DNA of 64,000 bases. It comes from Microgenomates group bacterium. Lineage in GTDB: Bacteria > Patescibacteriota > Microgenomatia > UBA8517. The position numbers and the translations under genes are program-made. The notes below the pieces were generated by a model. The model searched no databases and had not been told where the DNA came from. It saw only the letters and a list, made by a program, of their open reading frames with translations. How positions within the stretch are numbered: the stretch's first letter is position 1; each line of letters begins with the position of its first letter. The stretch spans positions 15,597-79,596 of the forward strand of contig JBAQKY010000029.1 of assembly GCA_049301455.1 (NCBI GenBank). Direction: 5' to 3'. Below, one piece after another: positions 19,479 through 29,379 of this stretch.

Positions 19479-21083
19479 ATGAAATGGGAAATATTAGATA
19501 AGTCACCAGTCGCTACTCACAAATTACTAATTACTGTACTGTTAAAAAATATAGGTTTAAAAACTAAAAAAGAGATTGATGATTTTATTAATCCTAAAGA
19601 TCCAAGTGAAATCAAGTTTAAAGACTTGGGAATAAACGATAAATCATTAAAACAAGTTGTTAAAAGGTTAGAAACTGCAAAAAAGAAAAAAGAAAAAATT
19701 GTTATTTTCGGAGATTATGATGCTGATGGTGTGTGTGCTACAGCAGTACTTTGGGAGGCAATGTATAAATTGGGTTATGATGTTATGCCTTTTATTCCAG
19801 ATAGATTTGAAGATGGTTATGGAATCAAATCTGCAAGTTTTGAAAACCCAAAATTAATAGATTTAAAAGCTGAATTAATTATCACTGTCGATAATGGAAT
19901 CGTCGCCTACAACGCCGTAAAAGAAGCAAAGAAATTAGGAATAGATGTAATAGTTGTAGATCATCATCAAAAAGGTGAAAAAGTGATTGGCACACCATAT
20001 GTTTTACACTCAACACTTGTTTGTGGCACTGCATTATCATGGTTTTTAGCGAGAGAACTAGGTAGTAAAGATGGGTTAGATCTTGTAGCACTTGGAACAA
20101 TTGCAGACCAAATGCCTTTACTTGGTATTAATAGATCACTGGTTAAATTTGGACTTCCAGAACTTACAAAAACTAAAAGAGTTGGACTTCAAAAATTATT
20201 GAAGGATTCGAAAATAGACAAAGTTGGAGTGTATGAAGTTGGCTACATCATAGCTCCAAGAATTAATGCTATGGGTAGATTAGCTCAAGCAACTGATTCA
20301 TTAAGGTTTTTGTGTACTAGAGACCCAAAGAAAGCAGAAGATTTAAATAATTTATTAAATGATACAAACATTCAAAGGCAAAAAGTTGTAGATGATGTAT
20401 TAACTAGGGTTTTAAAGGAGATGAACACAACAGACAATATTGTTGTTATTGAAGGTGAATACCACGAAGGCGTAATAGGACTAGCATCAGGTAAGGTAAC
20501 AGAAAAATATTACAAACCATCAATTGTTTTTTCAAGAAGCGAAAAAATATCAAAAGCCTCAGCAAGGTCAATTGCAGGATTTAACATTATTGAAGCTATC
20601 AAAGAAACAGGACTTATCTTGGAAGGTGGTGGACATCCAATGGCTGCAGGATTTTCAATTTATACAGAAAAAATTAGTGAATTTAGACAAAAGATAAATG
20701 AAATATCACAATCAAAACTGACAGATGAAATATTGGAAAGAAAATTAAAAATCGATTTAGAATTAAGTTTTGATTTGATAGATAAAAATTTGGTTGATGA
20801 ATTGAAACAGTTTGAGCCAACAGGGCAGGGTAATTATTCTCCAGTTTTTTCAAGCAAAAATGTAAAAATAATTGATAATAAAACAGTAGGCAGTGATGGA
20901 AAACATTTAAAATTAAAACTTGAACAAAATGGAATTAAATTTGATGCTATCTGGTTTAATGCAAAATCAGATTTTATTTCTTCAAATCCTGTGAAGGCTG
21001 ATGTCGCCTTCACAGTTGAGGAAAATATATGGAACAATAAAACATCAATACAGTTGAAAATTAAAGATATTAAGACTATGTAA
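19479..21083 (+). CDS. recJ: single-stranded-DNA-specific exonuclease RecJ (DHH/DHHA1)
   Basis: The DHH motifs are IFGDYDADGVCA and VVDHHQ. The DHHA1 region is GGGHPMAAG. The C-terminal OB-like domain is present. The ORF track starts at GTG 19473. ATG at 19479 gives MKWEIL. Confidence 0.9.
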   Translation: MKWEILDKSPVATHKLLITVLLKNIGLKTKKEIDDFINPKDPSEIKFKDLGINDKSLKQVVKRLETAKKKKEKIVIFGDYDADGVCATAVLWEAMYKLGYDVMPFIPDRFEDGYGIKSASFENPKLIDLKAELIITVDNGIVAYNAVKEAKKLGIDVIVVDHHQKGEKVIGTPYVLHSTLVCGTALSWFLARELGSKDGLDLVALGTIADQMPLLGINRSLVKFGLPELTKTKRVGLQKLLKDSKIDKVGVYEVGYIIAPRINAMGRLAQATDSLRFLCTRDPKKAEDLNNLLNDTNIQRQKVVDDVLTRVLKEMNTTDNIVVIEGEYHEGVIGLASGKVTEKYYKPSIVFSRSEKISKASARSIAGFNIIEAIKETGLILEGGGHPMAAGFSIYTEKISEFRQKINEISQSKLTDEILERKLKIDLELSFDLIDKNLVDELKQFEPTGQGNYSPVFSSKNVKIIDNKTVGSDGKHLKLKLEQNGIKFDAIWFNAKSDFISSNPVKADVAFTVEENIWNNKTSIQLKIKDIKTM

Positions 21084-21255
21084 CCGGATTATAACCATTA
21101 GGTTTGTCTTCTTCGGCACGCTCACTATGTAGTACCCCTTTTTCTAAAGCGGTTCCATTTTTTTCTACATACTCCCTTGCTTTTTGTACCAATTCACTTG
21201 TTGTCATTTGTGAACCATCATTGTTGCCTTGATTGACAGTTGTTCTTTCACACAT
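21076..21255 (-). CDS. hypothetical small hydrophilic protein (59 aa)
   Basis: Not in the ORF track because it is under 60 aa. A strong Shine-Dalgarno AAAGGAGGTGA sits 7 nt upstream of the ATG at 21255. The protein is MCERTTVNQGNNDGSQMTTSELVQKAREYVEKNGTALEKGVLHSERAEEDKPNGYNPVT. It overlaps the recJ stop by 8 nt in convergent orientation. Confidence 0.4.
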   Translation of the reverse strand: MCERTTVNQGNNDGSQMTTSELVQKAREYVEKNGTALEKGVLHSERAEEDKPNGYNPVT

Positions 21256-21305
21256 TACAAATCACCTCCTTTTGTGTCTATGTTGCTTTGTTTATTCATA
21301 GTAAT

Positions 21306-21536
21306 TTAATTTTGTCTACAATTTCCCACAACTGTCTCTACGATTTCATCATCTGGTTTTATTTTTTCAATTACAATTTCACCCTCTCTGGTCCCAGAGT
21401 TTGAATCGTAGACAATAACTGAGAAACGGCAATCTGGGCTCTTTTGTTTTAAAGCCTCCATTTTTCGATTAGCACTTTGTTCTAATTTTTTTCTCAATTG
21501 TTCGTTTAACATGTTAGGTATTCGTATATAAGACAT
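21306..21536 (-). CDS. hypothetical protein
   Basis: 76-aa ORF with a GAGG RBS upstream. No motif recognised. Confidence 0.35.
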   Translation of the reverse strand: MSYIRIPNMLNEQLRKKLEQSANRKMEALKQKSPDCRFSVIVYDSNSGTREGEIVIEKIKPDDEIVETVVGNCRQN

Positions 21537-21709
21537 TAAAAAAACCTCTTTTGTAAAAGAGGTTTGTCAAAAAACACAGCCAGACAAACCCCTTAGGTAA
21601 AGAGATTAATGATTGCCTTGACTGATCTATATAATTTCATATGTAACTGGTAGTTTAGAAAATGTTTGTGCATGTTGTCAAGACTTAATATTGAAGTTAG
21701 AATACATAT

Positions 21710-23095
21710 ATGCAAAGAACTTTAGTTTCAGAATCTGTATCAAAGGTTGGTGAGACAGTAAAACTCATGGGCTGGGTACATTCCATTCGTGAACATGGAA
21801 AGGTTGTTTTTATTGATTTAAGAGATAGAACAGGATTGGTTCAAGTTGTTTTTTGGGGAGAGGTTGGAGATGCTGCTAGGAAGCTGGGAACTGAATATGT
21901 TGTTCAAATAGAAGGACTGGTCAAAGAACGATCAGCGGGTACAGTAAACCCAGACATAATAACAGGTAAAATTGAGATAGAGGGTCAAAAATTAGAAGTT
22001 TTAAATGCCTCCAATACACCACCATTTGAATTGAATAAAGATACTTCAGGTGTTGATGAGGCGCTTAGGTTAAAGTATCGATATCTTGATTTAAGGACAG
22101 AACGTGTAAATAAAAACATAAAACTTAGAAGCGAGTTTGTTAGAAGGTGTCGTGAATTTTTATTTACAAATGATTTTACAGAAATTGAAACACCACTTCT
22201 TACTAAATCAACACCTGAAGGTTCTCGTGACTTTGTTGTCCCATCGAGATTGCAATCAGGAAAGTTTTATGCACTTCCTCAGTCGCCACAACAATATAAA
22301 CAATTATTGATGACAGCAGGATTCGAGCGTTATTTCCAAACAGCAAGAGCAATTCGAGATGAGGATCTAAGAGCCGATAGAGGTTTTGAGCACACTCAAG
22401 TTGATTTGGAAATGTCGTTTGTTGAAAGAGAGGGTGTAATGAACATGGTTGAAGCGATGATCATTGATGTTGTTGAAGGCATGGGCTTTGTAATAAAGAC
22501 AAAACCATTTCCAAGGATCACCTATAAAGAATCGATGGAAAAATATGGTGCAGATAAATTTGATCTAAGAACTGAGGAAGATAAAAAGAACGGCATTTTA
22601 GCTTACGCATGGGTAGTTGAATTTCCATTCTTTGAAAAAACTGACGATGGTAAATGGACCTTTAGTCACAATCCGTTTTCTATGCCAGTTGAAGAACATC
22701 TTGAATGGTTAATGGCTGGTAAAAATATCGATCAAATTATGACAACTCAATATGATTTGATTTGTAATGGTTACGAATCAGGAGGGGGCAGTATTCGGGC
22801 TCATAAACCAGAAATATTAGAAGCTACATATAAAGTAATGGGTTATACAGCAGAAGAAATCAATAAAAGTGTAGGTCACATGATTGAAGCATTTGGTCTA
22901 GGAACTCCACCACATGGAGGAATAGCAATTGGTGTTGAGCGAAGCATAATGAATTTAACAAATGAAAAATATCTAAGAGAAGTGCAAGCATTTCCAATGA
23001 CTGGTGGTGGTCAGACATCGGTTATGGATGCTCCAAGTAATATAACTGATTCACAGCAAAAAGAATTGGGAATAAAAGTAGATGTCAAAAAGTAA
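21710..23095 (+). CDS. aspS: aspartate--tRNA ligase, archaeal/eukaryotic-type class IIb (AsnRS not formally excluded)
   Basis: 461 aa. It has an N-terminal OB anticodon-binding domain. Class II motifs are present: FYALPQSPQQYKQLLM and FERYFQTARAIRDEDLRADRGFEHTQVDLE. The motif 3 region is GGGSIR...GLGTPPHGGIAIGVERSIM. At about 460 aa it lacks the bacterial GAD insertion. Confidence 0.75.
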   Translation: MQRTLVSESVSKVGETVKLMGWVHSIREHGKVVFIDLRDRTGLVQVVFWGEVGDAARKLGTEYVVQIEGLVKERSAGTVNPDIITGKIEIEGQKLEVLNASNTPPFELNKDTSGVDEALRLKYRYLDLRTERVNKNIKLRSEFVRRCREFLFTNDFTEIETPLLTKSTPEGSRDFVVPSRLQSGKFYALPQSPQQYKQLLMTAGFERYFQTARAIRDEDLRADRGFEHTQVDLEMSFVEREGVMNMVEAMIIDVVEGMGFVIKTKPFPRITYKESMEKYGADKFDLRTEEDKKNGILAYAWVVEFPFFEKTDDGKWTFSHNPFSMPVEEHLEWLMAGKNIDQIMTTQYDLICNGYESGGGSIRAHKPEILEATYKVMGYTAEEINKSVGHMIEAFGLGTPPHGGIAIGVERSIMNLTNEKYLREVQAFPMTGGGQTSVMDAPSNITDSQQKELGIKVDVKK

Positions 23096-24011
23096 TTACT
23101 TCAATAAAAATAAATTATTGTATCTATCAATTTTAGCTTTTGTTTTAATTTCTACATCAGCAATATCTTTAGATAATGGTTTTGAAAATGTAATTACATA
23201 TGTTTTCCCAGAAAAGAAAGTTAAGGCCTATTCAGATTTGCCAGTATTGAAAGAGGGAACAAGTTATCCAATTCTTTCTGCACAATCAGTGATGGCAGTA
23301 GATTTAACTTCTGGAGTAACACTATATGAAAAGGATCCAAATAAGCCACTTCTCCCAGCCTCAACAACAAAAATTGTTACTGCTTTAGTTGCAATTGATA
23401 CCTATCAACCAGAACAGGTCTTAAAAGTTGGTAGGGTGGTCGTAGAGGGTCAAAAAATGGGGTTAGTCATGGGCGAAGAGATTAAATTCATTGATTTGTT
23501 AAATGGACTGCTTATCTACTCTGCAAATGATGCTGCAGAAGTATTGGCCCAAAATCATCCCGGAGGTAGAGATTTATTCATAGGATTAATGAATAAAAAA
23601 GTTAAAGACTTAGGACTTACAAACACACATTTTACAAATCCAGTTGGTTTAGATAGTGGAGCTCAATATTCAACAACTAGGGATTTGGTAGTAGTTGCCA
23701 AAGAAGCTATGAAAAATCAAACTTTTGCAGAAATTGTAGGAACAAAGGAAAAAATAGTAAAGAGCGTAGATAATAGATTCACCCACAGACTATACAATAT
23801 CAATAAACTATTAGGTGAAGTTGATGGTGTAAAAGGTGTAAAGACTGGGTGGACTGAGAATGCAAGGGAAAACTTAGTAACTTATGTAGATAAAAATAAT
23901 AGAAAAGTAATGGTAGTTGTTCTTGGTTCTTCAGATAGATTTGGTGAAACAAAAGAATTAATTGAGTGGATTTATACTAACTATGCTTGGGAAGAAGTAA
24001 AACCAGAGTAG
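23082..24011 (+). CDS. D-alanyl-D-alanine carboxypeptidase (peptidase S11, PBP5/6-like)
   Basis: It has a signal anchor. The SxxK active site is PASTTKIVTAL. The SxN motif is YSANDAA. The KTG motif is VKTGWT. Confidence 0.8.
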   Translation: MSKSNYFNKNKLLYLSILAFVLISTSAISLDNGFENVITYVFPEKKVKAYSDLPVLKEGTSYPILSAQSVMAVDLTSGVTLYEKDPNKPLLPASTTKIVTALVAIDTYQPEQVLKVGRVVVEGQKMGLVMGEEIKFIDLLNGLLIYSANDAAEVLAQNHPGGRDLFIGLMNKKVKDLGLTNTHFTNPVGLDSGAQYSTTRDLVVVAKEAMKNQTFAEIVGTKEKIVKSVDNRFTHRLYNINKLLGEVDGVKGVKTGWTENARENLVTYVDKNNRKVMVVVLGSSDRFGETKELIEWIYTNYAWEEVKPE

Positions 24012-24060
24012 TTTATTCACCGTGAACAAGTTCCGGCTATTTTGTAAAAACAAGCTTTGC

Positions 24061-25110
24061 TTATTCGCCGTAATAATCTGTAGTTACTGCTGAGACATAG
24101 GCTACAAAGTCTTTATCACCTTCAAAAACAAAAACTGGTTGGAAGAATTCAGTATATACACCCGCATCGTAATAGGCCAAATATATTTTTCTAATTTTTA
24201 TTGCGTCGCCTTCCTGTGTGGTTCCTTGAGAGGCAAGATAGTAGTTTCCTGCAACCAATTCTTGCCAAGCAGTATCGCCTGTTTTAATTGGGTAGGTTGA
24301 AAATTGTGACTCATCTACAGGGAAATAATGATATTCGCCTGCAATTACTTCTTTTCCTCTTTCACGAACACCACTTACCATAAACCAAACATTTCCTTCA
24401 TTGGTTGTCTGTGTAACAACTGGCAATTCATCATATTTTTTTCTGAATAAATCTATGCGGACTATGTTGGCGTCAGATACTGAAAGTGCAGGTATAAAAC
24501 CTCCTGATTGGGTCTTTAAATATTTGCTTTCAAATGAACCCGTCTCAATATCTTTTGGATAAAGGCCAGCCGCAGAAAGATATGTTTTAATACTATTTCT
24601 TGCAATTTCAGGTTGTGGTGGTCTAACTGATATCGGTGATGAATCTGCATTTAAGTCAAAACTTAATGAAAATGAACCTGTGATGATGTTTGTTTCAAGT
24701 GTTGCTGGTGCTGTTTTGTGATAAAACTTATAAAGTGACTCTGTTGTTTGTTGAGGCTGTATATCAAAACCTAATTTATTTGCTTTGTCTTGTGCAAAAT
24801 CTAGAGATAATAGATTTGATGATGTTTTTGGCATGAAGTAGACTTTGGCTTGATCTGAAAAAGCAGGTATTCCACCCTCAGGAGTTTCAACTGTAAAATT
24901 CAAATTAAACTTTGTTTTCATTGGGAATGGTATCTTTGTTAGTTTTCCAAAGGCTACAGTTGGTGGCGTTGGAGGAGGAGGAAAAGCCTTTTTATAAATG
25001 GCTATCCCACTTAAGATTATACCTCTAGCTATAATTATGAGGATTATTCCATAGATTGAGTATCTAATTCCTTTTCTTGATGCAATTGATGCTTCAGTGA
25101 GTGTGGCCAT
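24061..25110 (-). CDS. hypothetical membrane-anchored extracytoplasmic protein
   Basis: 349 aa. It has an N-terminal TM helix (IYGIILIIIARGIILSGIAIY) and a large beta-rich ectodomain. No motif recognised. Confidence 0.45.
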   Translation of the reverse strand: MATLTEASIASRKGIRYSIYGIILIIIARGIILSGIAIYKKAFPPPPTPPTVAFGKLTKIPFPMKTKFNLNFTVETPEGGIPAFSDQAKVYFMPKTSSNLLSLDFAQDKANKLGFDIQPQQTTESLYKFYHKTAPATLETNIITGSFSLSFDLNADSSPISVRPPQPEIARNSIKTYLSAAGLYPKDIETGSFESKYLKTQSGGFIPALSVSDANIVRIDLFRKKYDELPVVTQTTNEGNVWFMVSGVRERGKEVIAGEYHYFPVDESQFSTYPIKTGDTAWQELVAGNYYLASQGTTQEGDAIKIRKIYLAYYDAGVYTEFFQPVFVFEGDKDFVAYVSAVTTDYYGE

Positions 25111-25153
25111 ACTTATATTTAAGTCTAGCGTGTGAAATGATACAATTCAATGT

Positions 25154-26545
25154 ATGAATAGAGTTAGAACTAGATTTGCCCCAAGTCCAACAGGAACACC
25201 AGAAAGTATTCATCTTGGGTTTGTAATTCGGGCACTTTGGAATTATGCCTATGCTAAGAAAAATGATGGACAATTTGTATTAAGAATAGAAGATACAGAT
25301 CAAAAAAGATCGAGAAAAGATACAGAAGCAGAAATATACAATATCTTACAGAAGTTTAATATTAAATGGAATGAAGGTCCGGACGTTGGTGGTGACTTTG
25401 GTCCATACCGACAATCAGAACGGCTAGATCTTTATAAAGAGGCTGCAAAGTTATTAGTTGAAAAGGGTTATGCTTATTATGATTTTGATGCAGTTCAAAG
25501 GGAGAAAGAAGAAATAAAAGCATCGTATTCAGATGACGAAAAAGTTAAAGAGTTAAAAGTTAGACCAAAAGCACGAGAGAACACTTTAGAAGAATCTCTA
25601 AAAAGAATTGAGAATGGTGATCCATATGTGGTCAGAGTTAAGATTCCAGAGAATAGGACTTTTGAATATACAGACTGGATTTTAAAGAAAAAAATTAAAT
25701 TCTTTGGAAAAGAAGTATCTGACATGATTCTTCTAAAGTCGGATGGCTTTCCAACTTATCATTTAGCTGTTGTTGTAGATGATATCGCCATGCAGATATC
25801 ACATGTCTTTAGAGGCCAAGAGTGGATTTCTTCAACACCTATACACTTGTTTGTCTATGAAGGGTTAGGTAAACCAGTTCCTGAAATAGGACATTTTAGC
25901 GTGATCTTGGATCCTAGAACTGGAAAGAAGTTTTCTAAACGAGATATGACTGCTTTTTTTGGAGTTAATACTTGGCTTAATGACGGTTACTTACCTGAAG
26001 CATTACTTAACTATTTAATGCTACTTGGATGGGCACCAAAGGATAATAAAGAATTGTTTACTCTAGAAGAATTTGTTGAAGCATTTGATCAAGATGGAGT
26101 ACAAAAATCAAACCCGACATTTGATGTTAATAAACTAAATTGGTTTAATGGGCAGTACATTCGTAAATTATCTGTAGAAGAATTATTAGAAAAACTTAAC
26201 TTAGATAATAATGAAAAAAATAAAGCTATTGTTTCTTTAATCCACGATAGATTGGAAAAACTTTCAGACTTCGAATCTCTAACTAAATTTTTCTTTGAAC
26301 AGCCTGATGTTGATGTTGTATTGTTTGGTGAGAATTACAAAGATCATTTAATAAAGGCGATCGAGGGGATAGAAAAAGAAAGGGATTTGATGGAAGTAGT
26401 TAAAGAAAATAATTTCAAAACAGGTGACTTTTTCATGAGTTTAAGGATTGCCATAACAGGAATGAAGTTTACCCCACCAATTAATGAATCAATTGCAATT
26501 TTAGGAAAAGAGGAAACATTGGCAAGACTTAAAAAGTTAATATAG
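25154..26545 (+). CDS. gltX: glutamate--tRNA ligase
   Basis: The HIGH-region equivalent is RFAPSPTG...HLG. The KMSKS equivalent is KFSKRD. The length and C-terminal anticodon-binding domain are typical of GluRS. Confidence 0.9.
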   Translation: MNRVRTRFAPSPTGTPESIHLGFVIRALWNYAYAKKNDGQFVLRIEDTDQKRSRKDTEAEIYNILQKFNIKWNEGPDVGGDFGPYRQSERLDLYKEAAKLLVEKGYAYYDFDAVQREKEEIKASYSDDEKVKELKVRPKARENTLEESLKRIENGDPYVVRVKIPENRTFEYTDWILKKKIKFFGKEVSDMILLKSDGFPTYHLAVVVDDIAMQISHVFRGQEWISSTPIHLFVYEGLGKPVPEIGHFSVILDPRTGKKFSKRDMTAFFGVNTWLNDGYLPEALLNYLMLLGWAPKDNKELFTLEEFVEAFDQDGVQKSNPTFDVNKLNWFNGQYIRKLSVEELLEKLNLDNNEKNKAIVSLIHDRLEKLSDFESLTKFFFEQPDVDVVLFGENYKDHLIKAIEGIEKERDLMEVVKENNFKTGDFFMSLRIAITGMKFTPPINESIAILGKEETLARLKKLI

Positions 26546-26557
26546 TATAAAAATATA

Positions 26558-27493
26558 ATGCAACAAACTGCCCAAAGTAATTTTCGTGATTTATTAAAAT
26601 TAAAAAGTATTCAGGCTAAGGTTAATTTTGAAAAAAAATATCCCGCAGCTCATCAATTTTTATTGGAAAGAGGTTTAGAATTCTATAAATTAAGAGAACA
26701 TAGCGCCAAGTTAATTTCAGCAGGAGCCTTAACTGGGACTTTGCTTCTAGCTCCGCCAACAGGAGTTGGTCAATTACCGAGTCCAACTGAATTGTCAAAA
26801 AGTATTGATGATTTATCAGACAGAAAAGAAGGTGCAACATTACCTCAAAAAGAATTCATTGATTCGCTGAAAAATATGCTGCCAGAAAATGTTAGGCCTC
26901 TCTCAAGAGACGAAGAAAAACATTTAGAACAAGTTATTAAAGATATAACAAATATTCCTGCAAAAGCTTCACTTGAAGGTGAGCATTTAAATCAGACATA
27001 TGGTTATATTGGTGCGGAGCAACATCTTAAAAGATATCCAGGGGATATTCTTGAAAATCATGGACCATATTACAAAGAAGGAATTGCACCTGGGCTTGGT
27101 GCATGGGGATATTTTGCAAAGTCGAAGGCTGATATGACACCTGAATTAGTTGAAACTGAAAAATGGTATGCAGTTGTGCAAACACTTTATCTTCCTGATT
27201 GGAATACAAGACATAAAACTTTATACAAGTGGTATAAATACCGAAAAGTTATGGTTGTAAATACTGTTAACGGCAACGCTGTTGTTGCAGCAATTGCTGA
27301 TGCAGGTCCTGCAGCTTTTACTGGAAAACATTTTGGTGGAAGTCCTGAAGTTATGGAATATTTGGGAGGATCTCGTTATAAAAAGGGTGCAGTTTTGTTA
27401 TTCTTTGTAGATGATCCAGAAAACAAAGTTCCATTAGGACCAGTAAAGTATAATGAATTAAATATACCTGAAGAAAGTTTAATACAAATATGA
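26558..27493 (+). CDS. hypothetical secreted protein with possible RlpA-like double-psi beta-barrel (DPBB) C-terminal domain
   Basis: It has a signal-like hydrophobic segment (LISAGALTGTLLLAPP). The C-terminal segment KVMVVNTVNGNAVVAAIADAGPAAFTG resembles the RlpA/3D-domain core (V.V.N..NG.SVVVRINDRGP). This is a weak call. Confidence 0.35.
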   Translation: MQQTAQSNFRDLLKLKSIQAKVNFEKKYPAAHQFLLERGLEFYKLREHSAKLISAGALTGTLLLAPPTGVGQLPSPTELSKSIDDLSDRKEGATLPQKEFIDSLKNMLPENVRPLSRDEEKHLEQVIKDITNIPAKASLEGEHLNQTYGYIGAEQHLKRYPGDILENHGPYYKEGIAPGLGAWGYFAKSKADMTPELVETEKWYAVVQTLYLPDWNTRHKTLYKWYKYRKVMVVNTVNGNAVVAAIADAGPAAFTGKHFGGSPEVMEYLGGSRYKKGAVLLFFVDDPENKVPLGPVKYNELNIPEESLIQI

Positions 27494-27536
27494 GTATGAT
27501 TTTTTACAATCGACGAAAGGAGAGTGCCAAATAATT

Positions 27537-27863
27537 ATGTCAATAATTTTTTACGACCATCTAATAGTTATTAAAGGACTAGATAAAAAGATAAAGAAAC
27601 ATTCTTCATCTAATGAAGAGATGCAAGAGCTTTGGAAGTATGTTGATGAATTAATACATGCCAAAGTTTTAGATTGCTGCCTTGGTAACTTACCAGAGGA
27701 GCATCATGCTGAATTTCTGGATAAATTCCATAAAGCTCCACATGATACTGGGCTTCTTGAATATTTAAATCAAAGAATTGGTAAGGATGTAGAAAAATTA
27801 ATTAAGGCAGAAATTAAAAAACTATCCAAGGAACTCCTCCTTCTTAACTCTAACAAAGTGTAA
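27537..27863 (+). CDS. hypothetical protein
   Basis: 108-aa helical ORF. Its 3' end overlaps the convergent 511-aa gene by 42 nt. Confidence 0.3.
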   Translation: MSIIFYDHLIVIKGLDKKIKKHSSSNEEMQELWKYVDELIHAKVLDCCLGNLPEEHHAEFLDKFHKAPHDTGLLEYLNQRIGKDVEKLIKAEIKKLSKELLLLNSNKV

Positions 27864-29357
27864 CCATTGCTCAAATATTTCTAAGAATGTTTTAAGTGGT
27901 GCTTCAATTATGAAATCAAAAATGAAACTTAATATGTTTATTTTTGAAACTTGGCTAGATAGCCATTGGCCAGATTTGATTATTGGCAAGAACAAATAGT
28001 CGAGTAGTGTTTCAAGAAGTGAGTCTTTGGTAGATTCTGATAATAAATAATCATTTGATATCTCTTTGACTCTATATGCAAAAAATGAAACTACACTTAA
28101 GAAGAATAGAAATATAACTTGGCTGACGAAGTTAAAGTGCAATAAATTCAATAGATAAATTAAACCTGATATAAAAAGAAAAGATGTTGTTAAAAATGCA
28201 AAGTAAAATATTTTTTCTGTTAAACCTTTTGACTCTTTTACTTCTATTTTCTCTTTTTCAAATTCCTGACTGTTTGCATAAAAATATTCATTTACTTTAT
28301 CAATCATAAATGCTGTATTGTTTTCATCAGGCAATTTAACTCTAGTATTAAATAGAATCATCAGTGATGGTGGAAACAAAACGTTAATTGATAATGCCAA
28401 AAAGTTAATGCTGCCAAACAAGATGTCTAATGGAATCTCGATCAAAAGCGCCATAACCATTTTTGTTAAAAATATATAAATAATACTTCGTTTAGATGCA
28501 CGAACGACTTTTTCTCCAGTTTCCTTATATTTAGTGTTAAGTATCTCAGTTAGTTTTGAATTAAGTTTTTCTGTGTTCTCTGTACTTTCAGCTAATTTAC
28601 CGATTTCCTCTGAAACAAAATCTCTAATCAAATTAAAAGGTGGTGAAATTTGCAATACTTTTCTTCTTAGTAGATCTTTATTTTTATAATTTAAATGGGT
28701 TTCAATTTTATCTAACACTTCTAATAATTTAATTGGGTCGTTTGGAGCAGGGTGCAAGACTTTTAACAACTTATATCTAATTAGTATTTCGCTATTTCTA
28801 GCAAAACTTCTTTCTGTTGCTATGTAAATTTGAATGCTTCTTTCGGATTTATCTTTCTCATCAAAATCAATTATTGATTCTAGTGTTGTGGATACATAAT
28901 TTATAATAATTTGACTTTCAGGATCAAAATTTAATGATTCGTCAATTTCGCAGGCACATAAACCAACTAAGATTGCTGACTTTGAACTGTTTGGGACCAA
29001 AAGTCCTGCTTCTCGATATTTATCAATAATTTTCTTTAATTTTTCAATCTCATTGTCGTTGTCGACACTCGATTCAATATACCTCGCCCACATCAGCTCT
29101 CTTAAAAGTAGATTTGCGATTTTAGTATTAGATTGATTTAGAAATATCCTTCTTTTTAGTATTCTTTCAATTGCGGCTTGTCTAATTGATCTTTCATCTC
29201 GATATTCAACTGCATTTCTTGCCTTTTCGTATGCAAAAGCAATTGAAGAACTTCTTTTGTGAGATTTGTTCTTAGGCTTATATTTACTTAATTTATACTT
29301 TTTGGCGAGTATGATTTCGTCGATTAAACTCTGGCTGTTTGCATTTAAAGCATTCAT
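27822..29357 (-). CDS. hypothetical polytopic membrane protein (large cytoplasmic N-domain of about 280 aa plus about 6 TM helices)
   Basis: 511 aa. The soluble N-terminal half is helical. The C-terminal half has multiple TM helices (IIYIFLTKMVMALLIEIPL, FLALSINVLFPPSLMILF, FAFLTTSFLFISGLIYLL, IFLFFLSVVSFFAY). Its start codon is only 22 nt from the divergent start of the next gene. Confidence 0.5.
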   Translation of the reverse strand: MNALNANSQSLIDEIILAKKYKLSKYKPKNKSHKRSSSIAFAYEKARNAVEYRDERSIRQAAIERILKRRIFLNQSNTKIANLLLRELMWARYIESSVDNDNEIEKLKKIIDKYREAGLLVPNSSKSAILVGLCACEIDESLNFDPESQIIINYVSTTLESIIDFDEKDKSERSIQIYIATERSFARNSEILIRYKLLKVLHPAPNDPIKLLEVLDKIETHLNYKNKDLLRRKVLQISPPFNLIRDFVSEEIGKLAESTENTEKLNSKLTEILNTKYKETGEKVVRASKRSIIYIFLTKMVMALLIEIPLDILFGSINFLALSINVLFPPSLMILFNTRVKLPDENNTAFMIDKVNEYFYANSQEFEKEKIEVKESKGLTEKIFYFAFLTTSFLFISGLIYLLNLLHFNFVSQVIFLFFLSVVSFFAYRVKEISNDYLLSESTKDSLLETLLDYLFLPIIKSGQWLSSQVSKINILSFIFDFIIEAPLKTFLEIFEQWLHFVRVKKEEFLG

Positions 29358-29379
29358 TTTTTGAAGTATACTAGAAAAG

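Noticed and set aside
21541-21570. Hairpin AACCTCTTTT-GTAA-AAAGAGGTT, a possible intrinsic terminator
   Set aside because: It sits between divergent gene starts. On the - strand it contains the GAGG ribosome-binding site of the 21306-21536 ORF. It is more likely 5' UTR structure than a terminator.
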